DNA of 63,087 bases, the filler included, from Aduncisulcus paluster (Eukaryota): the NCBI GenBank assembly GCA_024181965.1. It is 30 parts of 30 records of this genome, joined end to end, with 100 filler letters (N's around TTAATTAATTAA, not from the genome) between each part and the next. Parts side by side here need not be neighbours in the genome. Positions count along the whole stretch, not along the records: positions 34,903 to 37,533 come from BQXS01009899.1; positions 37,634 to 38,649 come from BQXS01009901.1; positions 38,750 to 39,803 come from BQXS01009905.1; positions 39,904 to 40,944 come from BQXS01009906.1; positions 41,045 to 42,465 come from BQXS01009908.1; positions 42,566 to 43,598 come from BQXS01009911.1; positions 43,699 to 44,922 come from BQXS01009918.1; positions 45,023 to 46,333 come from BQXS01009919.1; 22 more parts are not named here. The stretch is one strand, 5' to 3'. The position numbers and the translations under genes were made by a program. Under the pieces are notes generated by a model. It made no database searches. It worked only from the letters and a program-made list of their open reading frames with translations, and was not told the DNA's origin. How positions within the stretch are numbered: the stretch's first letter is position 1; every line of letters starts with the position of its first letter. Positions 34,903 to 46,433 of this stretch are shown one piece after another.

Positions 34903-36569
34903 AACATGGCCGAGCACACGGCGGACGGGCGCGCGGAATCGGGCTTCGCGTTCTTGGGCGACGGGCTTATGCAATGCTCGCACGGCCACTGTCAGCACCT
35001 GTCCACGCCGGGCTTCAAGCAAATGATGCTGGATCAGTTCGATGAATGGGCCAAGGGGCGGCGCGCGCTGGGGCTGGACGTGCCGTTGGGCGCGAAGGAC
35101 GGGCGGCACTTCCTGACCCTGACCGACCTCAAGGCGCAGGGCGCGCTTGGCGGCGACGGGATCGAGGCGGCGCTGAGCGAGGCCGAGGGCGTGGCGCAAC
35201 GTCAGGCGGACGCGCAGGCCGAGAAGGAACAGACGTTCGAGGACGGCTTGGCGGCGCTCGCCTATCGTTTCGTGTGGGTGCAGTCGCAGAACCTGTTCGT
35301 GGACACGAAGCTGCGCGAGTTTGTGACGACCGTGGGTCTGGGCCAGCACAAGGACGTGGTGAAACTCATTCCGGCGGGCACGACCGGCAAGAAAGCTGCG
35401 GCGAACGTGCTCCTGAACCGCGACGACCGGGGCGACGCGCTGGGGCTGGTCTATCGTCCGGGGGACAATAGCGTGCTGGTCGAGGCCGTGAACGGACAGG
35501 GCTTTGTCGGTCCGCATGTCAACATGTGGGTGCCGGGGAACATCGGGCGGCGTCCGGGGAACCCGTCGAAGTGGCTGGAAGTGGTCGAGCATGTCGTGCC
35601 GGACACGGATTTCCGTGAGTGGCTTCTGAACTGGCTCGCATGGGTGTTGCAGAACCCCTCGCAGCGCACGCCCGTCATCCCCTTCATCGTGTCCGGGCAA
35701 GGGACCGGCAAGGATACGTTCTTGGCTCCTGTCCTGCGCATCTTGGGCGAGCAGAACGTGACGAAGGTGAACCAAGAGGAATTCGCCTCCCCCTTCAACG
35801 AATGGGTGCGCCGTCGCTTCCTGCATCTGGACGAAGTGAAGCTGGACGCGGGCGGGCGGGCCTACAACAAGATCAAGTCGCTGACCGGGACCGGGGCCGG
35901 GTGCATGGTCACTGTGAACGAGAAGAACCGCCAACAGTATCGGATCNNNNNNNNNNNNNNNNNNNNCACGACGACCGGCGCTTTGCGGTCTATGTCTCGC
36001 CCGCGACCAAGATCGACAGCGTGTGGGCGCTGGACGATTTCGAGGCGCTGAACAAGATCGAGGAAGTCGAGCGCATCCACGATTTCCTCATGTCCCGCGA
36101 CCTGACCGGCTTCAACGCGCACACGCCGCCCGAGGACACGACGGGATCGAAGGCGGACGTGATCGCGGCGGCGCTGCCCGAGGGCGCGAGGGCTGCGTTC
36201 GCTCTGGTCGCATCGGGCGCGATGAAAGACCGCGTGCTGTTCACGACGCAGGAAGTCGTGGAGGCGTTGCAGGGCCATCCCAACCCGAACGTGCGCAATC
36301 ACCTGACGGCGAACATCGTGGCGAGGGGCATCCAAGTCGCGGGGTGTATCCAAGCCTCCAACGGCTTGCAGGTCCGCATCGACGGCCAGCGTCAGCGCCT
36401 GTGGGTGGGGGTGAACGTGGACATGAAGGAGCGCGCGCGGCTCGCCGGGCGGGGCGTAACGGCTCCGCCGAGCATGGTCGAATTGCGCGATCTGTATGCC
36501 GCCGACCTCAAAGCAGAGGCCGAGCGCGCCGCGAAAGCGGTCGAAGATGCGCTGGGGGTGGGTGCCTGA
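34903..36569 (+). CDS. Phage primase-associated SF3 helicase (DUF5906/D5-like), 5' truncated, internal gap 35947-35966
   Basis: CSHGHC, Walker A GQGTGKDT, Walker B LHLDEV, VNEK and DDRRF motifs across the gap. Confidence 0.85.
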
Positions 36570-36599
36570 AAAATACGGAAAATACCTCGTAATTAATTT

Positions 36600-36637
36600 A
36601 ATTCCCCGGACGCGAGCCACGTCCGGGGAATTTTTTT
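36600..36637 (+). terminator. Rho-independent terminator after primase-helicase
   Basis: AATTCCCCGGACG-7nt-CGTCCGGGGAATT followed by a T run. Confidence 0.85.
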
Positions 36638-36663
36638 ATTTTCTGGGAATTTTCTGAGCGGCG

Positions 36664-36830
36664 TGTCACACTTATCGGGCGTTTGTCACACTAGGGGGGT
36701 GTGACACTTTCGAAAAATAAAAACCCAACAAAACAAGGGCTTTCAGGGCCGCCTGTCACACTGTCACGGACTTTGAAAACCCTATATACTATTCTAGTAA
36801 TAATATATATATATAATATATATAGGGATA
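36664..36830. promoter_or_regulatory. Putative phage replication origin
   Basis: Five TGTCAC/GTGACA copies followed by an almost pure TA tract within GC-rich DNA, directly downstream of the primase-helicase. Confidence 0.5.
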
Positions 36831-37633
36831 GTATAGGCGGTATAGGGGTATCATTCGCGCGGGTATACCCCCCCCCTTTTCGTGAGCAAGTGAGTTACGC
36901 ACCACATCAAGCCGTTGTTTTTGTTGGATTTTCCGGCGTTTTGTCGTGTCTCACCGCTTTTTCCGGCCTGTGCAGGCCCGAGCCAAAAAGGCTCAAGCCT
37001 TTGTTTTTGTTGGGTTTTGACTACAGAACCCCATCACGACCGCGAAATCAGCCCAAAAGCCCCAACTCGCGGCCCTTTCCAATGGCAGCGGCCCACGGCC
37101 CGGCGTCGCCGCTGTCGGCCATGACGCACCAAGCCCGGACCAGTTCAAGGCGCAGCATCTTGAGCGCCGTCAGCCGGTCCGTCTCGCCGAGCGCGCCGCG
37201 AAAGCGGTCGAAGATGCGCTGGGGGTGGGTGCCTGAAAAATACGGAAAATACCTCGTAATTAATTTAATTCCCCGGACGCGAGCCACGTCCGGGGAATTT
37301 TTTTATTTTCTGGGAATTTTCTGAGCGGCGTGTCACACTTATCGGGCGTTTGTCACACTAGGGGGGTGTGACACTTTCGAAAAATAAAAACCCAACAAAA
37401 CAAGGGCTTTCAGGGCCGCCTGTCACACTGTCACGGACTTTGAAAACCCTATATACTATTCTAGTAATAATATATATATATAATATATATAGGGATAGTA
37501 TAGGCGGTATAGGGGTATCATTCGCGCGGGTATNNNNNNNNNNNNNNNNNNNNNNNNNNNNNNNNNNNNNNNNNNNNTTAATTAATTAANNNNNNNNNNN
37601 NNNNNNNNNNNNNNNNNNNNNNNNNNNNNNNNN

Positions 37634-38121
37634 ATACAGAACACATTGCTTTAAAAAAAGTTGCCAGTGAACTAAAACTATCAAAATTATCAAAATTTTT
37701 AATTGATTTTGTGAATGATATTTCAATAGAAAAAAATACGACAATAGGAGTATTAGGACTAAATCCTCATGCTGGAGATAATGGTGTGTTAGGTAAAGAA
37801 GAAGATATCATCAAAAAAGCAATCAAAAAAGCAACTAAAGTTACAAATCAAAAATTTGATCTACTCGTACCTGACATAGCATTTACACCTAATGTAAGAA
37901 AAAAATATAAGTACTTCTGCGCTATGTATCATGACCAAGGTCTGGCACCTTTGAAAGCTTTACATTTTGAAGAGAGCATAAATGTTTCTTTAAATCTGCC
38001 AATTATTAGAACATCAGTAGATCATGGAACTGCTTTTGACATAGCCTATAAAAAACAAAATAAACTATCAAATAAAAGCTATATCAATGCTATAAAAGAA
38101 GCTATTAAATTAGCTAAATAG
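37634..38121 (+). CDS. pdxA: 4-hydroxythreonine-4-phosphate dehydrogenase (5' truncated)
   Basis: GLNPHAG, AMYHDQGL and RTSVDHGTAFDIA motifs. Confidence 0.95.
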
Positions 38122-38127
38122 AGAAGA

Positions 38128-38649
38128 TTAACCGTCTTGGTTTATCTTTTCTATTAACTCTTCTAATACCTCTTCTGCTTTATCATTATCAATTTGACAA
38201 GTTCCTGCAGCGTGATGTCCACCACCACCATATTTTAAACACAACTCACCAATATTAGTATTAGAATTTCTATTTACTATAGATTTTCCTATAGCAAATA
38301 CTGTATTTTGATTTTGAAAACCATTTAGAACATGAATAGAGATATTTATTTCTGGATTTACAGCATACATAATAAATCTATTTCCAGGATAAATAATCTC
38401 TTCATCTCTTAAATCTAATACAATTAAATTATTATACATTACAGAACACTCTTCTAATTGCATTCTAAATTTATCTTCATACGATTTGTATAATTCAGTT
38501 CTTTCAACAACATCAGGGAGCTTCATAATATCTTCAATTTCATGATCAATACAATAATCAATAAGATCCATCATTAATTGATAATTTGAAATTCGGAAAT
38601 CTCTAAATCGTCCAAGACCTGTTCTTGAATCCATGATAAAACTTAAAAG
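38128..38649 (-). CDS. DHH/DHHA1-family phosphoesterase (exopolyphosphatase-like), 5' truncated
   Basis: MDSRTGLGRFRDFRISNY and YGGGGHHAAGTCQ motifs. Confidence 0.8.
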   Translation of the reverse strand, partial: LLSFIMDSRTGLGRFRDFRISNYQLMMDLIDYCIDHEIEDIMKLPDVVERTELYKSYEDKFRMQLEECSVMYNNLIVLDLRDEEIIYPGNRFIMYAVNPEINISIHVLNGFQNQNTVFAIGKSIVNRNSNTNIGELCLKYGGGGHHAAGTCQIDNDKAEEVLEELIEKINQDG

Positions 38650-38749
38650 NNNNNNNNNNNNNNNNNNNNNNNNNNNNNNNNNNNNNNNNNNNNTTAATTA
38701 ATTAANNNNNNNNNNNNNNNNNNNNNNNNNNNNNNNNNNNNNNNNNNNN

Positions 38750-39785
38750 AAGTAATTTTATCTCTTTGTGCTACAGAAGCTCTTATTGTAGCTCGTTTTG
38801 CATCAGGTAATGCAATTAATCCGATCTCTCCTAGTATACCATCATGACCAATCATATCTTCAGACATAAACATATTTACAAAATCAGACATTGCAGGTAC
38901 TTTAGAAGCATGAGAGTTTTTTATGTAAAAAAATAAACTTCTTGAAATAGGATATTTTCCACTTGAAATTGTATTTGGTGTTGGTAATACACCATTTACT
39001 TTTGCACCTTGAACTTTATCATCATTTTCCATTAAGAATGAGTATCCAAAGATACCGAATGCTGCTTTATTTTTGTTAAGTTTAGAAACGATTAAATTAT
39101 CATTTTCTCCACTTGGTACATAAACACCATCAGTTCTTATTTTTTTGTATTTTTTGTATGCTTTATTTTTTATTTTATCAGCTTTGTATAAAGATGTATA
39201 AACAGGCATTTTTTTAGTTTGACCTTTTAAAATCATATCTTCAAAAGCATCTCTTGTACCAGATGATTTAGGAGGACCATAAATAATTATTTCTCTATTT
39301 GGTAAAGAAGAATCAATTTGAGACCACTTTGTATATGGATTAGTAACTAAACTCTTACCATCTTTAGAAGGAACTTCAGCAGCAACAGCTAAAAGTAATT
39401 GTTTTTTAGTTACTGTAAAAGGTGCATTTGATTTTGCTTGAGCAAAAGCAATACCATCAAAACCTATTACTGCTTCAGTAATATCATTTACACCATTTTT
39501 TTCACATAATTTAAATTCTTTTGCTTTCATTCTTCTTGAGGCATTTGTAATATCTGGAGTATTCATACCGTTACCAGCACAGAATAGTTTCATCCCTCCA
39601 CCTGAACCTGTTGATTCTACAACAGGAGTTGGATAGTTTGTTGTTGCTCCTAATTCTTCAGCAACGGCAGAAGAGAATGGATATACTGTAGATGAACCAA
39701 CAATTTTAATTTGATCTCTAGCACTTAAAGATACTGTTAATGCAGAAGCAGTTAAAAGTGCGATAGCTGTTTTTTTTATAGTCAT
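38750..39785 (-). CDS. pstS: Phosphate ABC transporter substrate-binding protein (3' truncated)
   Basis: Signal peptide; GSSTVYPF, STGSGGG, SGTRDAF and YPISRSLFFY motifs. Confidence 0.93.
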
Positions 39786-39903
39786 TTGATAACTTCCTTT
39801 TTTNNNNNNNNNNNNNNNNNNNNNNNNNNNNNNNNNNNNNNNNNNNNTTAATTAATTAANNNNNNNNNNNNNNNNNNNNNNNNNNNNNNNNNNNNNNNNN
39901 NNN

Positions 39904-40434
39904 AACATTTTCAAGTAAAATATCTCTACTCAATAAAATATCTACATTTTTGATAAATTCCAATAACAAATCATGTTCTAAATGGGTCAAATTCATATTT
40001 TCACCATCAATGATAAACTTCTTTTGAGTTGAGATGTAAGTTATATCTCTTACTTTAATTATATCAAGTTTCTTTTGAGAACGGTTTATTACAGATTTGA
40101 TTCTAGCTTTTAAAATATCAATATTGAAAGGTTTTGTTATATAATCATCAGCTCCTCTATCAAAACCTTCTATAATATTTTCATCAGCATCTTTTGCTGT
40201 TAGGTATATTACGCTTTGGTTATATCCTTTTGATCGTAACTCCTGAATAAAGATACTTCCCTCAACATTTGGTAAATTTCTATCCATCAAAATCAAATCA
40301 ATTTTTTCTTCATCAAGAATATCTAATACATTTGAGGTATCTAAACATCCAATTACCTCATAATCTTTATCTAGTGTATATTCAAGAAGTTCTAAAATAT
40401 CTGGCTCATCTTCTACTATTAAAATTGTATTCAT
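39904..40434 (-). CDS. OmpR/PhoB-family response regulator (3' truncated)
   Basis: VEDE, LMDRNLP, GADDYITKPF and start of a winged helix; downstream of phoU. Confidence 0.9.
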
Positions 40435-40454
40435 AATTAATTATACCAAAATAT

Positions 40455-40944
40455 TTAAACTCTGTGTATCTCTCCACCATTATTTGCATATAAAAGTAAA
40501 CTTGCTATACTCATTGCTCTATCTGCAACTTTTTCACTTCTTCGTAATACTACTAAAATTTTATGAAATCTATTAAAATCACTATCTTTAGGGTTTTGTT
40601 TAAACAACTCGGACTCAATCATCTCATATAAATCATCAGTTTTATTCTCAGCAATAACAACTTTATTGAAACACTCTTGTGTTTCATCAACACAATCTAT
40701 ACTTAACATATCTACACTATATTTTATAGCATCAACTGTTGATTTTTGCATAGGTATTGCATAATCTTTGATTATTTTTTTATCAACATTTTTACACTCT
40801 TCTGTAAAACCTTTAATAAAGTTTCTAGTATTTGCTGATGCTCTTAAAAGTTCATTGGTGATTTTTAAATACGATACCATCCCTCTTAAATCTTTTGCTT
40901 CTGGAGAATGTAATGCCAAAGTCGTGATAATATTATTGTCAATA
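40455..40944 (-). CDS. phoU: Phosphate signalling protein PhoU (5' truncated)
   Basis: ALHSPEAKDLR and EKVADRA motifs. Confidence 0.85.
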
Positions 40945-41044
40945 NNNNNNNNNNNNNNNNNNNNNNNNNNNNNNNNNNNNNNNNNNNNTTAATTAATTAA
41001 NNNNNNNNNNNNNNNNNNNNNNNNNNNNNNNNNNNNNNNNNNNN

Positions 41045-42465
41045 ACAGTAAAATATTCAGTTGGTGATAAAATCACAGTGATGATTATTGGTACAAGAGG
41101 TGAAAACTTATCATTATCATACAAAAAAGTTTTACAAAAAGCTAAGTTTGACGAATTTTTCGCACAACATGGTGAAGATCCAGAAAATGTAATTGTAGAA
41201 GGTGTTGTAACATCTGTTAAACCAAGAGCTGGATTTATCGTTCAAGATGAAGAAGGTATGGAATACTTCATGCCAATGGCACAAGGTTTCTTAAAAGCAG
41301 TTGGAGCAGTTGGTAAAAAAATCAAAGCTGTTGTATTAAAAGCAAAACCAGAAACATCAAGCATCGTTATCTCTAGAAGAAAACTAATCGAAGAAGCTCA
41401 AAAACACAAAGAAGAAAAAATAGCTGAATTAATGGAAAATAACGAACCTAAAACAGGTATTGTTAAAAAAATTACTTCTTATGGTATGTTCGTAGACTTA
41501 GGTGGAATTGATGGTTTAGTAAACTACAATGAGATCTCTTACAAAGGTCCAGTTAATCCATCAGCTTACTATAAAGAGGGTGATGAAGTTATTGCTGTTA
41601 TGAAATCTTATGACAAAGAAAAAGGTCACTTATCTTTATCAATTAAAGAAGCATTAGCAAATCCATGGGAAGAGATGAGAGATGCTCTTGAAACTGGTGA
41701 TACAATTACTGTAACTGTTTCTAACTTTGAATCATATGGTGCATTTGTAGATTTAGGAAATGACATTGAAGGTTTATTACATATCTCTGAAATCAGCCAC
41801 AATAAAAATGTAAAAAATCCAAAAGATTACTTAGAGATTGGTCAAGAAATCAATGTTGAAGTTATCGATTTAGATTGTGATAAAAGAAGATTAAGAGTTT
41901 CTTTAAAATCATTACAACCAAAACCATTCCAAACATTTATTAAAGAAAATAAAGTTGGTGATGTAGTTACTGGTACAGTTGCAACACTAACAGACTTTGG
42001 TGCATTTGTTAACTTAGGAACAGTAGATGGTCTTTTACATAATGAAGAAGCTAACTGGGAATCAACAGCTAAATGTAAAGATATTTACAAAAAAGGTGAT
42101 GAGATTGAAGTGAAAATTATCAAAATTGATACTGAAAAAGAAAACATCTCTTTAAGTGTAAGAGCACTACAAGATTCTCCAGCACAAAAATTTGAAAAAG
42201 AACACAACACAGGTGATATTATCAAGTCTACAGTAAAAGATATCAAAGATTTTGGTGTATTTGTTAAACTTGAAAATAACCTTGATGGGCTTATCCGAAA
42301 AGAAGATATGATGAAACCTGAAGAGGGTGAAGAGGAAGTTAAAATTGGTGATGAGATCGAAGCTGTAGTTGTTAATATTGATAAGCAACGAAACAGAGTA
42401 AGATTATCAGTAAGAAGATTAGCATCTCAAAAAGACAGAGATATGTTAAAATCAGTTAATGACAC
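41045..42465 (+). CDS. rpsA: 30S ribosomal protein S1 (truncated at both ends)
   Basis: Tandem S1 domains: YGMFVDL, YGAFVDL, FGAFVNL, FGVFVKL. Confidence 0.96.
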
Positions 42466-42565
42466 NNNNNNNNNNNNNNNNNNNNNNNNNNNNNNNNNNN
42501 NNNNNNNNNTTAATTAATTAANNNNNNNNNNNNNNNNNNNNNNNNNNNNNNNNNNNNNNNNNNNN

Positions 42566-42822
42566 ATATTTTAAAATATCTTATGAGTGATTTAGAATTT
42601 GCACAAGATAAAGCAGATACACCAATCTCTGAATTATCAACAAAAAAAATCATCACTACTGACCCTATTTCAGATATTAGAAGAGTTGCTCAAGTTATGG
42701 TTGATTTAAACCTCAATGCAATCCCTGTAGTAACAGAAGAGGATATTTTAGTAGGTATTGTTTCACGAAATGATATCATGAAAGCAGTAGGATCTCTACC
42801 ACATTTACAATTATGGGCATAA
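42566..42822 (+). CDS. CBS-domain protein C-terminus (5' truncated)
   Basis: AIPVV....LVGIVSRNDI motif. Confidence 0.85.
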
Positions 42823-43598
42823 CAATGAAAAACCTTGATAACACATACAAAGAACTTTCAAACGCAAACAATAAGATTTTAGATATAGCATACAAAATAA
42901 CATCACAAAAAAATTTTAGTATGATTTTGGAAACGATACTTTTAGGAGCAAAAGAGTTATCTAATTCAGATGGAGGAACACTCTATTTATATAACCAAAA
43001 AGAAAATACCTTAGACTTCAAAATCGCTTCAAATGATACTTTAAAGATTCATTACAATAGTGAAAACAGTGAACTAAACTGGAATCCTTTAAATATATAC
43101 AACGAAGACAAATCACCAAACATAAAAAATGTTGCTGTAGTATCTGCTATGCAAGATAAACTTGTCAATATACCTGATATTTACAAATCAAAAGAGTTCG
43201 ACTTTTCAGGTGCTATGGCATTTGATAAAAGTCAAAATTATCATACAAAATCAATGCTTGTGATTCCATTGAAAAATAAAGATGATGATCTTGTTGGTGT
43301 TATTCAACTGATAAATAAAAAAGTTGCTAATGAAACAGTAAATTTTGTAGAACATGATGAACTTCTTATAAAAGCAATGGCATCTCTTGCTACAATGATT
43401 ATAGAAAATAATCAGTTAGTAATAGACCTTGAAGCTCTTTTATATGGTCTTATAGATTCTGTAAACAAAGCCTTAAGTGAAAAATCAAAATATACACAAC
43501 AACACAATGACAATGTAGCTGTTTTAACAAAAATAATTGCAGACGGAATCAACAACAACAAAACTCTTTTTGAAGATGTACACTATACAAGTACAGAT
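42813..43598 (+). CDS. GAF plus HD-GYP phosphodiesterase (3' truncated)
   Basis: DGGTLYL, FD....Y.TKSMLVIPL, GVIQLINK GAF motifs, then KSKYTQQH at the HD start. Confidence 0.82.
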
Positions 43599-43809
43599 NN
43601 NNNNNNNNNNNNNNNNNNNNNNNNNNNNNNNNNNNNNNNNNNTTAATTAATTAANNNNNNNNNNNNNNNNNNNNNNNNNNNNNNNNNNNNNNNNNNNNTA
43701 TAGATTCATCCTGTTTCAATGGCATATTTATTGATATTCTATGTTCCGAAATGATAAAACATTTATCATTTTTTGTCGTTATACAACTATCAATTAATAA
43801 TTACATACT

Positions 43810-44607
43810 ATGAAAAATTTAAGACCGTTAGGTTTTCTTACCCTTTTGATTTTGGCATTTGCATTTATTCAATGCTCGGATGATGACGTAAAATTAACTA
43901 CCCCTGTAAAGATACGATTGACTGATGCTCCTGCTCAATACGATAAAGTCAATATCGATATCCAGCAAATTCAGTTTCATTCCTCAAATAATGAAAACGA
44001 AGAAAATGGATGGAAAGAAATGAATTTAATTAATCCAGGAGTTTATGATCTATTACAATTCAATAATGGCATAGATACACTTTTGGTTGATCAGGAATTG
44101 CCAAGTGGTAATGTCTCTCAAATGCGTTTGATTCTTGGTGAAAACAATACTGTTGTTATTGATGGTGTGAGTTATGATTTAGATACACCATCAGCTCAAA
44201 CATCGGGTCTTAAGTTTCAAATTCATGATGATTTTCTTGCTGGTATAGAATACAAGCTTTGGATTGATTTTGATGCTGCACGATCTATTGTTGAAACTGG
44301 AAATGGCAATTACAAATTAAAGCCTGTTATCAGAACATTTAATGAAGCTACAACAGGAGCTATCTCTGGTATTATTTCTCCAGCAGAAGCCCTACCTGTA
44401 ATTCATGCTGTAATGGGTACGGATACCATATCAACAATAGCAGAAGAAAATGGCAATTTCTTGATTAAAGGATTAAATGCCGGAACTTATAAATTGGCGA
44501 TTGAACCAGTTGATGGATATCTTGAAAAAGAAGTGGAAGATATTACGGTGAGTATCGAAAACATTACCGATACCGGAACAATTGATATCGAAACGGTTGC
44601 TAATTAG
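43810..44607 (+). CDS. DUF4382-like lipoprotein (Bacteroidota-type)
   Basis: Lipoprotein signal FIQCSDDD; LTDAP, TPSAQTSGLK, DFDAARSIV and YKLKPVIR motifs. Confidence 0.82.
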   Translation: MKNLRPLGFLTLLILAFAFIQCSDDDVKLTTPVKIRLTDAPAQYDKVNIDIQQIQFHSSNNENEENGWKEMNLINPGVYDLLQFNNGIDTLLVDQELPSGNVSQMRLILGENNTVVIDGVSYDLDTPSAQTSGLKFQIHDDFLAGIEYKLWIDFDAARSIVETGNGNYKLKPVIRTFNEATTGAISGIISPAEALPVIHAVMGTDTISTIAEENGNFLIKGLNAGTYKLAIEPVDGYLEKEVEDITVSIENITDTGTIDIETVAN

Positions 44608-44627
44608 TTGCAAAGAAAAATACTTTT

Positions 44628-44655
44628 AAGCTGTTCCAATGGAGCAGCTTTTTTT
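44628..44655 (+). terminator. Rho-independent terminator
   Basis: AAGCTGTTCC-AAT-GGAGCAGCTT followed by a T run. Confidence 0.85.
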
Positions 44656-44735
44656 GTGCAAAAAATTAAGCTAAAGTAAACATTTAATTAGAAGATTATT
44701 TGCAACTTTATTATTGCAAACCTATCTATAGTAAA

Positions 44736-44922
44736 ATGGAATTGAAACAAGAAATAGTACCCGCCAACTGGTCCGAATTGCAAGATTTATTATTTACCGA
44801 TTCTTACAATACCAATATCAACCGTACTCGCTCCCCATATATTTACCGGGGACTTTCCAAATTCCACTATCAGTTAAAAACTTCGCTGATTCGATTGAAC
44901 GGACCTTATCCGGATTTAGAAT
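44736..44922 (+). CDS. FRG-domain protein N-terminus (3' truncated)
   Basis: RSPYIYRGLS....LKTSLIRL motif. Confidence 0.7.
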
Positions 44923-45167
44923 NNNNNNNNNNNNNNNNNNNNNNNNNNNNNNNNNNNNNNNNNNNNTTAATTAATTAANNNNNNNNNNNNNNNNNNNNNN
45001 NNNNNNNNNNNNNNNNNNNNNNGTACCACATCTATGGGATACGGAGTGTCTTCTGCAGTACATGTGCAAGTCTGTACATACGTTCAGGAAACAGCATTTC
45101 AGGCCGATATTTGGCCCGATATCCGGCCCGCTTTTCCGGGTGTGTACGGCCCTCAAGTTATTGGTAA

Positions 45168-45194
45168 CAAACCGTTGCACCAAACCGTTGCACC
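45168..45194. repeat. 13-bp tandem direct repeat CAAACCGTTGCAC x2
   Basis: Read directly; lies about 20 nt past the stop of the prophage-type gene. Confidence 0.85.
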
Positions 45195-45214
45195 CTGCCC
45201 TCAGGATTTGCCCC

Positions 45215-46333
45215 TTAACCGTGCCCCCTGGCGTTCCTCGGTCTCTCGCCCCGCACCGTACGCACGTCGCCAATGCGAACCATCTGGTGACCCTCGGCGT
45301 CCCGGCCGCGTACCGGCACCCAGCCCCGCCGTATCCACCGCTCGATGGTCGACTGCGGTACGTGCTCGTCGAGTCGGGGGAGCACCACGTCGACCAGCTC
45401 GCGCACCGTCGCGTTGCGGTCGTCGAGTTCGCCGAGGTTGTGCGCCAGCACGTCGGCCACCGGATGCGCGGTGTCGCACTGCGGGCAGACGACCGAGCCG
45501 CTGTGGCTCGGCGCCATGAGGGCGTACCCGCACCGGGTCGCGTTGTCCCCGCGCCGTCCCCGCTCGGCGAGCACCTCGTCGGGTGCCGGGTCAGTTATGC
45601 ACGGCCCGATAATCATGGGCTCGGGCGGGCGGTTGACGACGCGCGAGATTGACCGGAACACCTGCTCGATCTCGTCGCAGATCTCGGCGCCGTTCTCCTG
45701 CAGGGCCACGTTCGCGGCGTGCCGGTGCAGCCACTTGGCCATCCGTGCCGTCGTCGCGACTGAGTGCGTGTCGTCGCCGCGTCTTCCGGCGTAGATGACG
45801 CGNNNNNNNNNNNNNNNNNNNNTTTTCCGCGGAAAACTGGTCGAGTGCGCGCGTCTCCGGGGCGCCGTCGCAGTCGTCGCACAGTGGTCCGGTCGCCGAG
45901 GTGGGCAGCGCGACGAAGCAACGCCGACATGCGCCGGGCCGGGCCGGTGGCGCGGCATCGATGTCGAACGGATCTGCCGGCCGCGCGACTTCCGCCTCGA
46001 TGGCGAGAAGCGGCCTTGGCCGCGTGCGGAACTCGGGCACCTCGAGCCCGCGCGTCTCGCACATGTCGCGGATGGTCGTCGACAACGCGTTGCGGATCCG
46101 GTCGAGCTCGTCGCTGGCGCGTCCGTTGACCCCGCCGAGCGCCAGGGCATGCCACAGTGCCGCCTGGTGTCGGTCCCGGTGGTCTCTCGGTGTCGGGGTG
46201 GTGTCCTTGTCGCGCGGGAAGGGCTCGACGTGGCTCACGAGCGTGTCGTCGCCATGCAGCACGTCGCGGCGCTCGCCCTTGCGCGCTCCGTCGCCCAGGT
46301 TCGCCTGCCCGACTGCGGTTTCGGTGAGTCGAT
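45215..46333 (-). CDS. Actinobacterial prophage-type protein with Zn-binding CxxC motifs and C-terminal HTH (5' truncated, internal gap 45803-45822)
   Basis: Joins two ORF-track pieces across the gap; CRRC/CDDC, GPC...CG...CPQC and STIERWIRRG motifs. Confidence 0.65.
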
Positions 46334-46433
46334 NNNNNNNNNNNNNNNNNNNNNNNNNNNNNNNNNNNNNNNNNNNNTTAATTAATTAANNNNNNNNNNN
46401 NNNNNNNNNNNNNNNNNNNNNNNNNNNNNNNNN

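Larger units (their letters stand above)
36519..37533. repeat. 348-bp exact direct repeat (36519-36866 and 37186-37533)
   Basis: Identical sequence at 667-nt offset; second copy runs into the contig end. Confidence 0.9.

Noticed and set aside
37186-37533. 348-bp direct repeat as a phage terminal repeat
   Set aside because: The copies are only 667 nt apart, the second ends at the contig edge, and it begins at a GC-rich microhomology that appears to cut into a minus-strand ORF (37048-37188). A mis-join is more likely, though not excluded without reads.
36701-37589. ORFs 36701-37324 and 37368-37589 as genes
   Set aside because: They run through the TA tract and iteron-like repeats and are duplicated by the repeat; composition is unlike real phage genes.
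38128-40944. DHH phosphoesterase-pstS-response regulator-phoU as one contiguous operon
   Set aside because: They lie on three separate contigs. Linkage is plausible but not shown, and the system is ordinary.
31566-45822. Apparent frameshifts in the large phage protein, primase-helicase and prophage-type gene
   Set aside because: Frame changes coincide with N gaps of estimated length (31566-31617, 35947-35966, 45803-45822); not evidence of programmed frameshifting or pseudogenes.
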